The position numbers and the translations under genes are program-made. Below, one piece after another: positions 1 to 8,821 of a stretch of DNA of 46,357 nt. The stretch is from assembly GCA_964500825.1 (NCBI GenBank), contig CAZCQN010000005.1, forward strand, positions 1 through 46,357, given 5' to 3'. Origin of the DNA: an uncultured Verrucomicrobiota bacterium. Lineage in GTDB: Bacteria > Auribacterota > JABMQX01 > JAFGEW01. The first letter of the stretch is position 1. Each line of letters begins with the position of its first letter. A model generated the notes under the pieces. The model was not told the DNA's origin. It saw nothing but the letters and a program-made list of their open reading frames with translations, and did not search any database.

Positions 1-1262
1 ACGATCGAGTTGTCCACGAGCATGCCGACGCCGAGGGCGAGGCCGCCGAGGCTCAGCAGGTTCAGCGTGAGGTGTGCTGCCTTGATCAGGGTAAACGTGG
101 CAATGATGGCGGTCGGAATGGCGATGCCGGCAATGATGACCGAGCGCAGATCGCGCAAGAACAGCAGCAGGACGAGCAGTGCGATCGCGCCGCCGATCAT
201 CGCGTTGTTCTTGACCATTGCGATCGACTCGCGCAGGAAGTCGGTGAAGTCCAGCGCGATGGTGAACTCGTAGTCGGGGAACTTCGCCCTGAGCTCGTCG
301 AGCCGCGGGTACACCTCGTTGGCGATCGCGGCCGAGTTCGCCCCCGATTCCTTGTTGACCTGGACGAGGACGGCGTCCGCACCTTTGAAACGGGCGTACT
401 CGCGCACCTCCTTGTAGGTGTCCTTGACGGTGGCAACCTCGTGCAGGTAGACGGGCTTGCCGTTGATGCGCTTGACCTCGATCTCGTTGATCTCGTCAAC
501 GCTGTCGAACTTGCCCAGGAAGCGGGTTGAGATCTCGGTGCGTTCCTCGTCGAGCCGTCCGCCGGGTTTCTCGACGTTGGCCAGGTCGAGGGCGAACTCG
601 ACGTCGGTGAGCGTGACGCCCTTCGCCTTGAGCTTGTACATGTCGACGCTGACGAGGATCTCGCGTTCACGGCCGCCGGTTGCGGTCGCGGAGGCGACAC
701 CGCCGATGCGCTCGATCTCGGCGGTGACTTCGTCCTCAACAAAGGTCCGTGTCAGGTAGGCGACATCTTCGGCGTACGCGGGATCGGTCTCGGCGGCGCG
801 CCTCTTCTCTTCGTCGGTCAGCTTCCTGGTGACCGCGAAGATGAGCACGCTTTCCGACGACATCACGTCGAACTTGGCCACCATGGGGTCCTCGGCCCCG
901 TCGGGGAACGCGTCCTTGATGCGGTCAACCTTCTCGCGCACGTCGATGGCTTTCGTGTCGAGATCGGTGCCGTACTTGAACTCGGCGAGGACGAAGCTGG
1001 CGCCCTCGCGCGAATAGGAGGTGATCTTCTCGACGTCGGTGAGCGATGCGAGCGCCTCCTCGAGCTTCTTGGTGATCTCGTTCTCGACCTCACCGGGCGC
1101 GGCGCCGGGGTAGGGGACCTGCACGGTCACGAGCGGGAAATCAATCTCGGGGAAGAGGTCAATGGGCAGACCGCGGAGCGAGACGAACCCGATGAAGATC
1201 ATCCCGACGATGATCATCATCGTTGCCAGCGGGCGACGGATTGAGAAGTGCGACACTTTCAT
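1..1262 (-). CDS. RND efflux permease (AcrB/AcrD/AcrF family), 3' part outside window
   Basis: Absent from the ORF track because there is no stop in the window. Manual translation from ATG at 1262 gives MKVSHFSIRRPLATMMIIVGMIFIGFVSLRGLPIDLFPEIDFPLVTVQVPYPGAAPGEVENEITKKLEE... and ends at the edge with LNLLSLGGLALGVGMLVDNSIV, the RND TM4 motif. Lies directly downstream of an MFP gene. Confidence 0.95.
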   Translation of the reverse strand, partial: MKVSHFSIRRPLATMMIIVGMIFIGFVSLRGLPIDLFPEIDFPLVTVQVPYPGAAPGEVENEITKKLEEALASLTDVEKITSYSREGASFVLAEFKYGTDLDTKAIDVREKVDRIKDAFPDGAEDPMVAKFDVMSSESVLIFAVTRKLTDEEKRRAAETDPAYAEDVAYLTRTFVEDEVTAEIERIGGVASATATGGREREILVSVDMYKLKAKGVTLTDVEFALDLANVEKPGGRLDEERTEISTRFLGKFDSVDEINEIEVKRINGKPVYLHEVATVKDTYKEVREYARFKGADAVLVQVNKESGANSAAIANEVYPRLDELRAKFPDYEFTIALDFTDFLRESIAMVKNNAMIGGAIALLVLLLFLRDLRSVIIAGIAIPTAIIATFTLIKAAHLTLNLLSLGGLALGVGMLVDNSI

Positions 1263-1266
1263 CTGG

Positions 1267-2532
1267 TTACTCGTCCAAGCCGTTCAGGCCGGATGGCGAC
1301 TCGTCCTTTTCCAGGACGGCGATCGTGTCGCCGTTGGCGAGGTTCTCGACGCCCGCCGTGACGATCTGCTGGCCCGGCCCGACACCCGCAAGCACTTCGA
1401 TTGATTGGCCTGTCTCGAAGCCGAGCGTCACGGGGCGTTTGACAACCTTCCCTTTCTGGACATGAACAAGCCTGAAGAGCTTGCCGGAGCCCGTGGCGAG
1501 TTCGAGCCGGTATGACATCGTCTTCTCCGGCTCGACAAGGAAGACGTAGCGGAACTTGCCCTCCTGCTTGACGGCCGACTTGGGGATCACGGTCACGTCG
1601 TGCCGCGTATTGACGGGAATGCGGACGACGGCGAACATGCCGGCCTTGAGCCGGTGGTCGGCGTTGTCGACGGCGAGCCGCACGAGGAAGCTGCGGCTCG
1701 CGGGATCGCCCGCCGGGCTGATCGTCTCGATGCTGCCCGTGAACTCGTCGTCCGGGTAGGCGGGGACACGGAACGTCGCGTCGTAGCCGCGCCGGATCTG
1801 CCCGATGCGGCTCTCGCCGACCTCGACGTCGACCCACATCTCGTCGAGGTCCACCACACGCGCCAGGCGCTGGCCGACCGCGACGAACTCGCCTTTGTCG
1901 AAGGCGACCTCGGCCACGAGCGCGTCGTCGAGCGGCGAACGGACCGTCGCCTTCGCCAGGTCGCTCGTGGCGATCGCGACCGTCTGCGTTGCCTCCTCGA
2001 TGCGCGCTTCGTAGAGGGCCACCTGGGCGTCGGTCTCCTCCTTGCGCGTAACGAGATCGTCCCACACCTTGTCCGAGATGATCTTCTGCTCGTGCAGGGG
2101 CCGGTTGCGCTCGATCTCGGCGGCCAGACGCTTCTGGGTCGCCTGGTTCTGGGTCAGGCCGGCCTGCGCGACCTTGAGCGAGGCTTGCGCCTGGCTCAAC
2201 CGCCGCTCGTAATCGGCCGGGTCGATCGACGCGATCCGGTTCTTCGTCTGCTCGTCGGCGGGCACGTCGGGTTCAACGTACAGCCGCTGGCCCTCCGTGG
2301 CGTGCTTCTCGACGACGCGGCCGCCCACCTCGGCGCTGACCCACACGTCGCGTACGGGCACGACCGAGCCCGGCGCCGTAAGGTACCGTTCGATGGTGCC
2401 CGTCTCGACCTGGCCGACGCGGACGGGCTTCGGCGGCTTCTGGTCAGACTTCGCCTTCTTATCAGGTTTTGCGCAGGCGGCGCCGGCAACGGCCAGCGAC
2501 ACGACGGCTGCTATCACGAGGAACTGCTTCAC
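1267..2532 (-). CDS. RND efflux periplasmic adaptor (membrane fusion protein), probable lipoprotein
   Basis: Signal peptide with Cys (AVAGAAC), lipoyl-like halves (VSAEVGGRV, VRSPLD..V..GEFV..GQ), an alpha-helical hairpin and the LKAGMF motif. Lies between marR and the RND permease. Confidence 0.93.
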   Translation of the reverse strand: MKQFLVIAAVVSLAVAGAACAKPDKKAKSDQKPPKPVRVGQVETGTIERYLTAPGSVVPVRDVWVSAEVGGRVVEKHATEGQRLYVEPDVPADEQTKNRIASIDPADYERRLSQAQASLKVAQAGLTQNQATQKRLAAEIERNRPLHEQKIISDKVWDDLVTRKEETDAQVALYEARIEEATQTVAIATSDLAKATVRSPLDDALVAEVAFDKGEFVAVGQRLARVVDLDEMWVDVEVGESRIGQIRRGYDATFRVPAYPDDEFTGSIETISPAGDPASRSFLVRLAVDNADHRLKAGMFAVVRIPVNTRHDVTVIPKSAVKQEGKFRYVFLVEPEKTMSYRLELATGSGKLFRLVHVQKGKVVKRPVTLGFETGQSIEVLAGVGPGQQIVTAGVENLANGDTIAVLEKDESPSGLNGLDE

Positions 2533-3035
2533 GGGTGTTTCTCCGGGTGCGAGGCGCTGTCAGTCTCGTGTAGGGCTGATGCAACCTTCTTCTCTAGGAG
2601 TTTCTCGATCTGGCGGTACAGCTCGAGCCAGTTCTGCTGCATCTCGGGCGATACGTTCTCGAGCATGTAACGGAACAGGTCGGCACGTACCTTCAGCACC
2701 CCGTTGACGGCCTCGCGGCCGTGGGGCGTGATCTCGACGAGCACCTGGCGACGGTCCTCTGTGCTGCGGGCCCTGCTGGCGAGCTCCTCGGCCTCGAGCT
2801 TGTCGACGATCGACGTCACGGCGGCCGTGCTGACCCTGAGCCGCTCAGCGAGGGCGCTCATCGTCAGCGGCTCGTCACGGCCCAGCGCCCTGAGCGCGTT
2901 GAAGCGGTTGGGCGACAGGTCGGCCTTGTCCATCTCCCTGGAGGTGAGGCGGAAGATGGTCGCCGTCATGCGGTCGACGATTTCGAGCAGCTCCGTGACA
3001 ATCGGGTCAACGCGCGCTGAATCACCGCCATCCAC
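2529..3035 (-). CDS. MarR family transcriptional regulator
   Basis: Winged-helix motifs LTMSALAERLRVSTAAVTSIVDKLE and DRRQVLVEITPHG. Start moved to GTG at 3035 (GGAGG 8 nt upstream); the ORF track starts at 3071. Overlaps the MFP gene by 4 bp. Confidence 0.92.
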   Translation of the reverse strand: MDGGDSARVDPIVTELLEIVDRMTATIFRLTSREMDKADLSPNRFNALRALGRDEPLTMSALAERLRVSTAAVTSIVDKLEAEELASRARSTEDRRQVLVEITPHGREAVNGVLKVRADLFRYMLENVSPEMQQNWLELYRQIEKLLEKKVASALHETDSASHPEKHP

Positions 3036-3088
3036 TCTTCTGTCCTCCAAAACCACAGGAACCGCCAGCAATAACTAAGCCACCTTGA

Positions 3089-3117
3089 AAATTAACAGCC
3101 TTAACTATCTTTGTCAA
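3089..3117 (-). promoter_or_regulatory. sigma70-type promoter of the marR-MFP-RND operon overlapping a TTAA-N5-TTAA dyad (putative MarR operator)
   Basis: Minus strand reads TTGACA (3117-3112), 17 bp, TAATTT (3094-3089) with an extended TG. Dyad TTAA cagcc TTAA at 3092-3104 sits in an AT-rich patch of a GC-rich genome. Confidence 0.7.
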
Positions 3118-3306
3118 CCGCGGAAATGCTGAGTCGGTTCCCCCACTGCCCCTCCCTGGGAATCAGAGGCGAAGAGAATCAGGGGACGGTGCAGGCCGTG
3201 CATCCGTGTGCGGTACAGTGGCAATGCTGCCGCTTTGCCTGTTCGGAATTGAGTGCGCAGGTGCCGTGGCAGGGCCGGTTGCACGTTGTCGTGGCGGCGG
3301 TTCCTA

Positions 3307-3336
3307 TTGACCGGCTCGCCCGACGGCGGCTATAGG
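3307..3336 (+). promoter_or_regulatory. possible sigma70 promoter for the SpeE-like/ispA genes
   Basis: TTGACC (3307-3312), 18 bp, TATAGG (3331-3336), upstream of the first plus-strand gene. Confidence 0.35.
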
Positions 3337-3451
3337 TATGCGTCTGGCGCTTAGAAGGCAACGGCTGGCCTGCGGATTCCTGCCGGGCTTGTTGCCAGGG
3401 CGCTGGGCGTGCGGGTGCTGTGCTGGACGGGCGAGGGAGGACGTGACAACG

Positions 3452-4945
3452 GTGAGGCGCTTCTATCTTCTGGTGACCTGTTTTCTGATGGGCTTTGTCA
3501 TTCTGGGGCTCGAGCTGCTTGGTTTTCGCCTCTACGGCCCCGTGTACGGCTACTCGAGTTACGTGGCCGGCACGCTCATCGGTGTCATTCTGGCTGCGTT
3601 GTCGCTCGGGTACGTGATCGGCGGGCGGCTGGCCGATCGCGCGCCGCGCCCTCCGGTCCTGTATCGGCTTCTCGTGATTGCCGGCCTGCTGCTGGTAGCG
3701 TTCTGCTTCGTCTCCAGGGCCCTGCTCGACTGGTTCTTCTTCAAGTTCGAGTTCATTACGGGGCTGATCCTCGTGACCGCAGTGGCGTTCGGGCCGATCA
3801 TGGTCCTGTTGAGCGTGACGTCGCCGTTCATTATCCGGCTCGTGGCGGTCGAGGATCGCGTGGGAACGGCCGCGGGGACGATCTACGCGCTCTCGACGGT
3901 GGGGAGCATTCTGGGCTCGTTCATCACGCCGTTCGTGCTCGTGCCCGGCATCGGTGCGCACATGACGCTGGTCATCATGACCGGCGTCGTGCTCGCCGTC
4001 GGCGTCATCGGGCTTCTCGGACTGCGGCGCACGTGGGCGATGGCGCTGCTGCCGCTCGGTTTGACGCCGCTGTCGTTCTCGGAGCAGCCGGAGAACGTCG
4101 TCCTGCAGATCCAGAGCCCGTACAGTGACCTGCAGGTCGAGCAGCGCGAAGGGGGCAAGCCGTACATCTTGGCGGTGAACAACTGGGCTTGGTACTCGCG
4201 CGGGGTGGCGGCGGGCTCGATGGAAACGGGGAGCTACTTCGACTTCTTTCTGCTCGGGCCGAAGCTCGTGCCGGTGCGCGAGATGGCCGTGCTGGGAATG
4301 GGGGCAGGCACGTCGGTCATGCAGTTCCAGCACTTCTACGGCGACCGGATCCACATCGACGCGGTTGAGATCGACCCCTGGGTGGTCAGGATCGCGAAGG
4401 ACAAGCGCTACTTCGGCGTCGAGGAAGGCCCGAGCGTAACCATCCACACGAAGGATGCCCGCCCGTACCTTCGGACGTGCGAGAAGGAGTACGATCTCGT
4501 CGAGATCGACATGTACCAGGGTGGGCCGCTCATCCCGTTCTACGTCACCAGCGTCGAGTTCTTCGAGCTCGTCAGTGAGCGGATGTCGGACAACGGCCTG
4601 GCGGTCACGAACGTGCTTGCGCTCGGCAATGACAGAGTGCTCGTCGCGTGCGTCATCAAGACGTTGCAGGAGGTCTTCCCCAGCGTCTACACGCTGCGGA
4701 CGAGGACGAACTACATGCTGTTCGCGTTCAAGAAAGAGACGCCGCTGGCGCTCGTGCGGCGTCGGCTCGAGGCGCTTCGCGGCGGCGAGTTAGCTGCCAT
4801 CGCCGGCCGCGCGAGCGGGATCACGACGCCGGAGCCGTATCCGGGCGCGCACGTGTTCCGCGACGACGACGCGGACATCGCGCGGATCACGTTCAACATG
4901 GTGCGGCGGGACGCGAACAGGCGCCGGCTGCACCAGAAGCGCTGA
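3452..4945 (+). CDS. fused membrane (MFS-like) / spermidine synthase-like class I SAM-dependent transferase
   Basis: About 7 N-terminal hydrophobic segments (LGYVIGGRLADR, GTIYALSTVGSILG) followed by a Rossmann fold (VLGMGAGT, DAVEIDP, DAR, YDLVEID). Start moved to GTG 3452 after GGAGG at 3436-3440; the ORF track starts at 3338. Confidence 0.85.
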   Translation: MRRFYLLVTCFLMGFVILGLELLGFRLYGPVYGYSSYVAGTLIGVILAALSLGYVIGGRLADRAPRPPVLYRLLVIAGLLLVAFCFVSRALLDWFFFKFEFITGLILVTAVAFGPIMVLLSVTSPFIIRLVAVEDRVGTAAGTIYALSTVGSILGSFITPFVLVPGIGAHMTLVIMTGVVLAVGVIGLLGLRRTWAMALLPLGLTPLSFSEQPENVVLQIQSPYSDLQVEQREGGKPYILAVNNWAWYSRGVAAGSMETGSYFDFFLLGPKLVPVREMAVLGMGAGTSVMQFQHFYGDRIHIDAVEIDPWVVRIAKDKRYFGVEEGPSVTIHTKDARPYLRTCEKEYDLVEIDMYQGGPLIPFYVTSVEFFELVSERMSDNGLAVTNVLALGNDRVLVACVIKTLQEVFPSVYTLRTRTNYMLFAFKKETPLALVRRRLEALRGGELAAIAGRASGITTPEPYPGAHVFRDDDADIARITFNMVRRDANRRRLHQKR

Positions 4946-4946
4946 G

Positions 4947-5834
4947 ATGGACGCGTCGCTCGAGACGAGCATGCAGCAGAAGCGGCGCCTCGTTGAGGAG
5001 GCGCTCGGACGCTGCCTCCCATCCGGCCCGGAGACCCCCACGCCGCTCGCCGACGCGATGCGCTACGCGGTTATTCCCGGCGGGAAGCGTCTGCGGCCGG
5101 TGCTGTGTGTGGCGGCGTGCGAGGCGTGCGGGGGCGATCAGGCGGCGGCGATCGCGCCGGCATGCGCCGTCGAGCTCGTGCATGCGTTCTCGCTCGTGCA
5201 CGATGACCTGCCGGCGATGGACGACGACGATGTGCGCCGCGGCCGGCCAACGCTGCACAAGGTCGCAGGCGAGGCGATAGCCATCCTCGCGGGCGATGCG
5301 CTGCTGAGCCTCGCGTTCGGCGTGATCGCCGACGACGATTGTCTGGACGGCACGCAGAAGGTGGCCGCGCTTCGGGAGCTCACATGGGCGGGCGGCCATT
5401 CGGCCCTCGCCGGCGGCCAGGTGCTCGACCTGGAGGCCGAGGGGAAAGGCGCGACGCCTGAGGCGCTGGCCCAGATTCACGAGAAGAAAACGGCCGCGCT
5501 CATCACGGCGTCGGCCGTCATGGGCGGCATCGCGGCCGAGGCTGGCCCGCAACAGCTCGAGGCGCTCCGCACGTACGGCCACCACCTCGGGATGGCGTTC
5601 CAGATCGTGGACGACGTCCTCGACGTCGTCGGCGACGAAGCGAAGCTCGGCAAGAAGGTCGGCGCCGACGCGGTGCACGACAAGGCGACTGCCGTTGTCG
5701 TGCACGGCCTCGACGGCGCGCGCGCGTTGGCGGCTGAACACGTCGAGAAGGCGCTCGCGGCGCTCGAGCCGTTCGGCGAGCGCGGTGCGCTGCTCGGGGC
5801 GATCGCGCAAGAGATGCTCGCGCGGGAACGCTGA
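4947..5834 (+). CDS. ispA: polyprenyl diphosphate synthase (farnesyl/geranylgeranyl diphosphate synthase, IspA-like)
   Basis: GGKRLRP, first Asp-rich motif SLVHDDLPAMDDDDVRRG, GQVLD, KTAAL and FQIVDDVLD. Confidence 0.92.
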   Translation: MDASLETSMQQKRRLVEEALGRCLPSGPETPTPLADAMRYAVIPGGKRLRPVLCVAACEACGGDQAAAIAPACAVELVHAFSLVHDDLPAMDDDDVRRGRPTLHKVAGEAIAILAGDALLSLAFGVIADDDCLDGTQKVAALRELTWAGGHSALAGGQVLDLEAEGKGATPEALAQIHEKKTAALITASAVMGGIAAEAGPQQLEALRTYGHHLGMAFQIVDDVLDVVGDEAKLGKKVGADAVHDKATAVVVHGLDGARALAAEHVEKALAALEPFGERGALLGAIAQEMLARER

Positions 5835-5955
5835 GGCGTCCCGTGTGTCAAGACAGGTGCGCACACGGCTGTTGATTCCGCGGCGTGCCCGGTGCTAGTG
5901 TACGGCCGGCCGGGCAACAGCCGGTTCATTCGGCGCATAGGAGGCGAGTGGTTCG

Positions 5956-6738
5956 ATGGGCAAGATCGTAGCACTTCTCTGGATCGGCGCGATCCTCTTC
6001 GGCGGCTTCTGGTTCGGCTATTACGAAGAAGGTGCGAACCGCGACATCACGATCGAGATGGATCTCAAGATGGCAAGCCGTGGAGCGCCTTTCCGGATGA
6101 GTTTCGACAAGCTGTACGCCTCCGGGAACAAGCTTGCAGTCGATTTCGACTTCAAGTCGAGGCAGTTCAACAGCCACGGCAGGATGATCTTCGACATGGC
6201 CAAGAAGAAGCGGATCATGATGTTCGATGCTGTGAAGGCGTACGACGAGACATCGTTCGACTTGGTGGACAAGAGCGAGTGCGAGCCTGCAGAGACGATG
6301 TTCCTCATGGGAGAGGAGGATCTAGAGCGGCTCGCTGGCAGTAAGACAATCGCCGGTTACAGGTGCCACGCTTTCACTGCGAAGGAGGGCGGTCGTGAGG
6401 TGGGGAAGGGGTGGTTCACCTACCAGATCCGGCTCGGTCGCTCGCACGTGGCGCTGGTCAACAAGCTCATCCGAATGGAGTCCGATGAACCGTCTTTCTT
6501 TGGGGGTGATTCCTCCGAGAAGGAACGGAAGCAGTACTCGGGCTTTGACTACTTCCCGCTTCCGCTGTCAGCCCGTATGCCCATGGACGGAGGGCAGATC
6601 GCCATCGAGGTGAAGAGCATCTCGCGTGACAAGATCGACAAGAGCGTCTTTGAGGTTCCGAGCGACTACGACGAAACCGGGTCAGAGGAGCTGCAGAAAC
6701 GCTTGATTCGCCAGATGTCCGGGGCCGGCGGAAGCTAG
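5956..6738 (+). CDS. membrane-anchored/exported protein, DUF4412-like
   Basis: N-terminal hydrophobic anchor. KTIAGYRC and a C-terminal DKSVFEVPSDY motif resemble DUF4412/GLPGLI-type proteins. GGAGG upstream. Confidence 0.6.
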   Translation: MGKIVALLWIGAILFGGFWFGYYEEGANRDITIEMDLKMASRGAPFRMSFDKLYASGNKLAVDFDFKSRQFNSHGRMIFDMAKKKRIMMFDAVKAYDETSFDLVDKSECEPAETMFLMGEEDLERLAGSKTIAGYRCHAFTAKEGGREVGKGWFTYQIRLGRSHVALVNKLIRMESDEPSFFGGDSSEKERKQYSGFDYFPLPLSARMPMDGGQIAIEVKSISRDKIDKSVFEVPSDYDETGSEELQKRLIRQMSGAGGS

Positions 6739-6761
6739 ATCCTCAGCTACGAGGCACCATC

Positions 6762-7655
6762 GTGAGCAAACCCAACTGCACGTTCGCCGTTATCGGCGGC
6801 AGCCAGGCGTACACGCTGCTGCGCGAGCATAAGATCGTCGGCAAGCGGCTCGGACCGGCTGAGACGCCGTACGGGCCGAGCCAGGCGCTCTACCTCGTCG
6901 AGGATGACGGCGCGAGGTTTTTCTTTCTGTCACGCCATGGCGAGGAGCGCTACCACGTCACGGCGCCCTTCATTAACAACCGGGCGAACATCTACGCGCT
7001 CAAGGACCGGGGCGTCGAGTGGATCGTGTCGTGGAGCGGCCCGGGGATCATCAACCGGCTGTACCAGATCGGCGACCTGGTGATCGCCGACGACGTGCTC
7101 GACGAGACGCACGGCCGGCCGAGCACGTTTTTTGAGGGGAAAGGCTGGGGCTTCATCCGGCAGAACCCGGTGTTTTGCCCGCAGCTCGCCAAGGTTGTGC
7201 ACGAGGCACTCGTCGGGCTCGACGTCGGGCACATCGTCGGCGGGACGTACGTGTGCACGCGCGGCCCGCGGCTCGAGACGCCCGCCGAGGTGCACAAGTA
7301 CCGGATCCTCGACGCGGACTTCGTCGGCATGACCGTGGCGCCCGAGTGTTTTCTCGCACGCGAGCTCGAGATGAGTTACGTCTCCCTCTGCTACCTGACG
7401 AACCTGGCGGAGGGCATCCGGGAACGCGACTACCAGCCGGGCGAGCTTTTTGAGGGCCTGCTGCCGCCCGACAACAAGGAGCGTGTCGACACGGCCGTGG
7501 GCCTCCTGCCGAAAATCGTCACCGAGGTGGCGCGGCGCATCGCGCGCGTCAAGCGCGATTCCCCGTGCGCCCGGTCGATGGAGCGCTACCGCCGCGCCGG
7601 GATCCTGCCCGAGGACTGGCATGAGTGGATCTCGGTCCCTGCTGATTCGGGCTGA
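6762..7655 (+). CDS. MTAP-family purine nucleoside phosphorylase (probably S-methyl-5'-thioinosine / 6-oxopurine type)
   Basis: VIGGS, TPYG, FLSRHG, NRANIYAL, GPRLETPAE and VGMTVAPE..LARE motifs. The base-specificity loop reads TNLAEG (Asn) rather than TDYD. Confidence 0.9.
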   Translation: MSKPNCTFAVIGGSQAYTLLREHKIVGKRLGPAETPYGPSQALYLVEDDGARFFFLSRHGEERYHVTAPFINNRANIYALKDRGVEWIVSWSGPGIINRLYQIGDLVIADDVLDETHGRPSTFFEGKGWGFIRQNPVFCPQLAKVVHEALVGLDVGHIVGGTYVCTRGPRLETPAEVHKYRILDADFVGMTVAPECFLARELEMSYVSLCYLTNLAEGIRERDYQPGELFEGLLPPDNKERVDTAVGLLPKIVTEVARRIARVKRDSPCARSMERYRRAGILPEDWHEWISVPADSG

Positions 7656-8814
7656 TCGCGCCGTCACGCTCGACGGACCGCCCCTCAACAGGGCGGCCGT
7701 CGTCGTCGGGGGCGACGCGATCGCGGCCGTCGGCCCGTCGGCCCAGATCGAGGCGCGAAGCTGGGATGCCGAGACCATCGACCTGTCCGGCCTGACCCTT
7801 CTTCCCGGGCTCATCAACGCGCACTGTCACCTCGACTACACCTGCCTGCGGGGCGAGCTTGCCGCCGGCGACTCGTTCGCGAAGTGGGCGTGGGCGATCA
7901 TCTCGGCCAAGCGCCGGCTGCAACGCGCCGACTACGAGGCGTCGGTCCGCAGCGGGCTCGACGAGCTTGTTCGCACCGGCACGACGACGGTCTTCGAGGT
8001 GTCAAGCTCGTACGCCATCGTCCGCGCAGCGCGCGAGACGCCGGTGCGCATCGCGTTCTTCGGGGAGGTGCTCGGCCTGAATCCGTTCGCGGCGGGCCGC
8101 CGAATGCGGCGGTTCCGGCAGGCCGTCGCGGCAGCGACGAGCGAGAACGTCGTCGGGCGCGGAATGGCGCCGCACGCGGTCTACTCGGTCTCGAAGCGCC
8201 TCATGAAGCTGATCGGCCGCGAGCTGAAGCGCCGCCCGATGCCGATTACGGTCCATCTGCTCGAGAGCCTTGACGAGCCGCGGATCAACCCGTGGTTCGA
8301 TGCGCGCCATGCCGTCAAGATCCTCGACCGCCGCGACCTGGTCAGCCGCTCGCTGCTGGGCGTGCACGTGAACTACCCCGGCGACGACGACGTGGCGATC
8401 CTGGCCGCGCGGGGCGCGTTCGTCGTGCACTGTCCCGGCAGCCACCGCTTCTTCGGCTACGACCCGTTTCCGGCCGAGCGGCTGCGCAGTGCCGGGGTAC
8501 CGATCTGCCTCGGCACCGACAGCGCCGCGAGCAACGAGCGGCTCGACATGCTGCGCGAAGTGCGCCTTTTCCTGGAGGCGCATCCCGCCTTCACGCCGGA
8601 CGAAGCGCTGCACATGGCGACGACGACTCCGGCACGCTTCCTCGGGTTTGACGGACGCCTGGGCGTCCTGAAACCAGGGGCGCTGGCCGACCTGATCGCC
8701 GTGCCGACGCCGCCTTGTCCCATCGAGAAGACGTGTGCTAGCGTTGTCGAGCACGACGGCGAGGTGCCCTGGGTCATGATCGGCGGCGAGGTTGTTCGTC
8801 GCCCAGAGCCGTAG
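7621..8814 (+). CDS. amidohydrolase-superfamily nucleoside deaminase (MTA/SAH or aminodeoxyfutalosine deaminase-like)
   Basis: PGLINAHCHLD (HxH), APHAVYS, VHLLES (HxxE), GTDSAASN and G.L.PG..ADL motifs. Start set at ATG 7621, preceded by GAGG and overlapping the phosphorylase end; the ORF track starts at 7450. Confidence 0.85.
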   Translation: MSGSRSLLIRADRAVTLDGPPLNRAAVVVGGDAIAAVGPSAQIEARSWDAETIDLSGLTLLPGLINAHCHLDYTCLRGELAAGDSFAKWAWAIISAKRRLQRADYEASVRSGLDELVRTGTTTVFEVSSSYAIVRAARETPVRIAFFGEVLGLNPFAAGRRMRRFRQAVAAATSENVVGRGMAPHAVYSVSKRLMKLIGRELKRRPMPITVHLLESLDEPRINPWFDARHAVKILDRRDLVSRSLLGVHVNYPGDDDVAILAARGAFVVHCPGSHRFFGYDPFPAERLRSAGVPICLGTDSAASNERLDMLREVRLFLEAHPAFTPDEALHMATTTPARFLGFDGRLGVLKPGALADLIAVPTPPCPIEKTCASVVEHDGEVPWVMIGGEVVRRPEP

Positions 8815-8821
8815 TTGTGGG

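Noticed and set aside
3121-3300. Possible cobalamin or other riboswitch in the marR/SpeE-like intergenic region (ACTGCCCC, GGGAAT, short GAATCAG repeat)
   Set aside because: The motifs are in the wrong order for a B12 element and the flanking genes are unrelated. An Infernal/Rfam search would be decisive.
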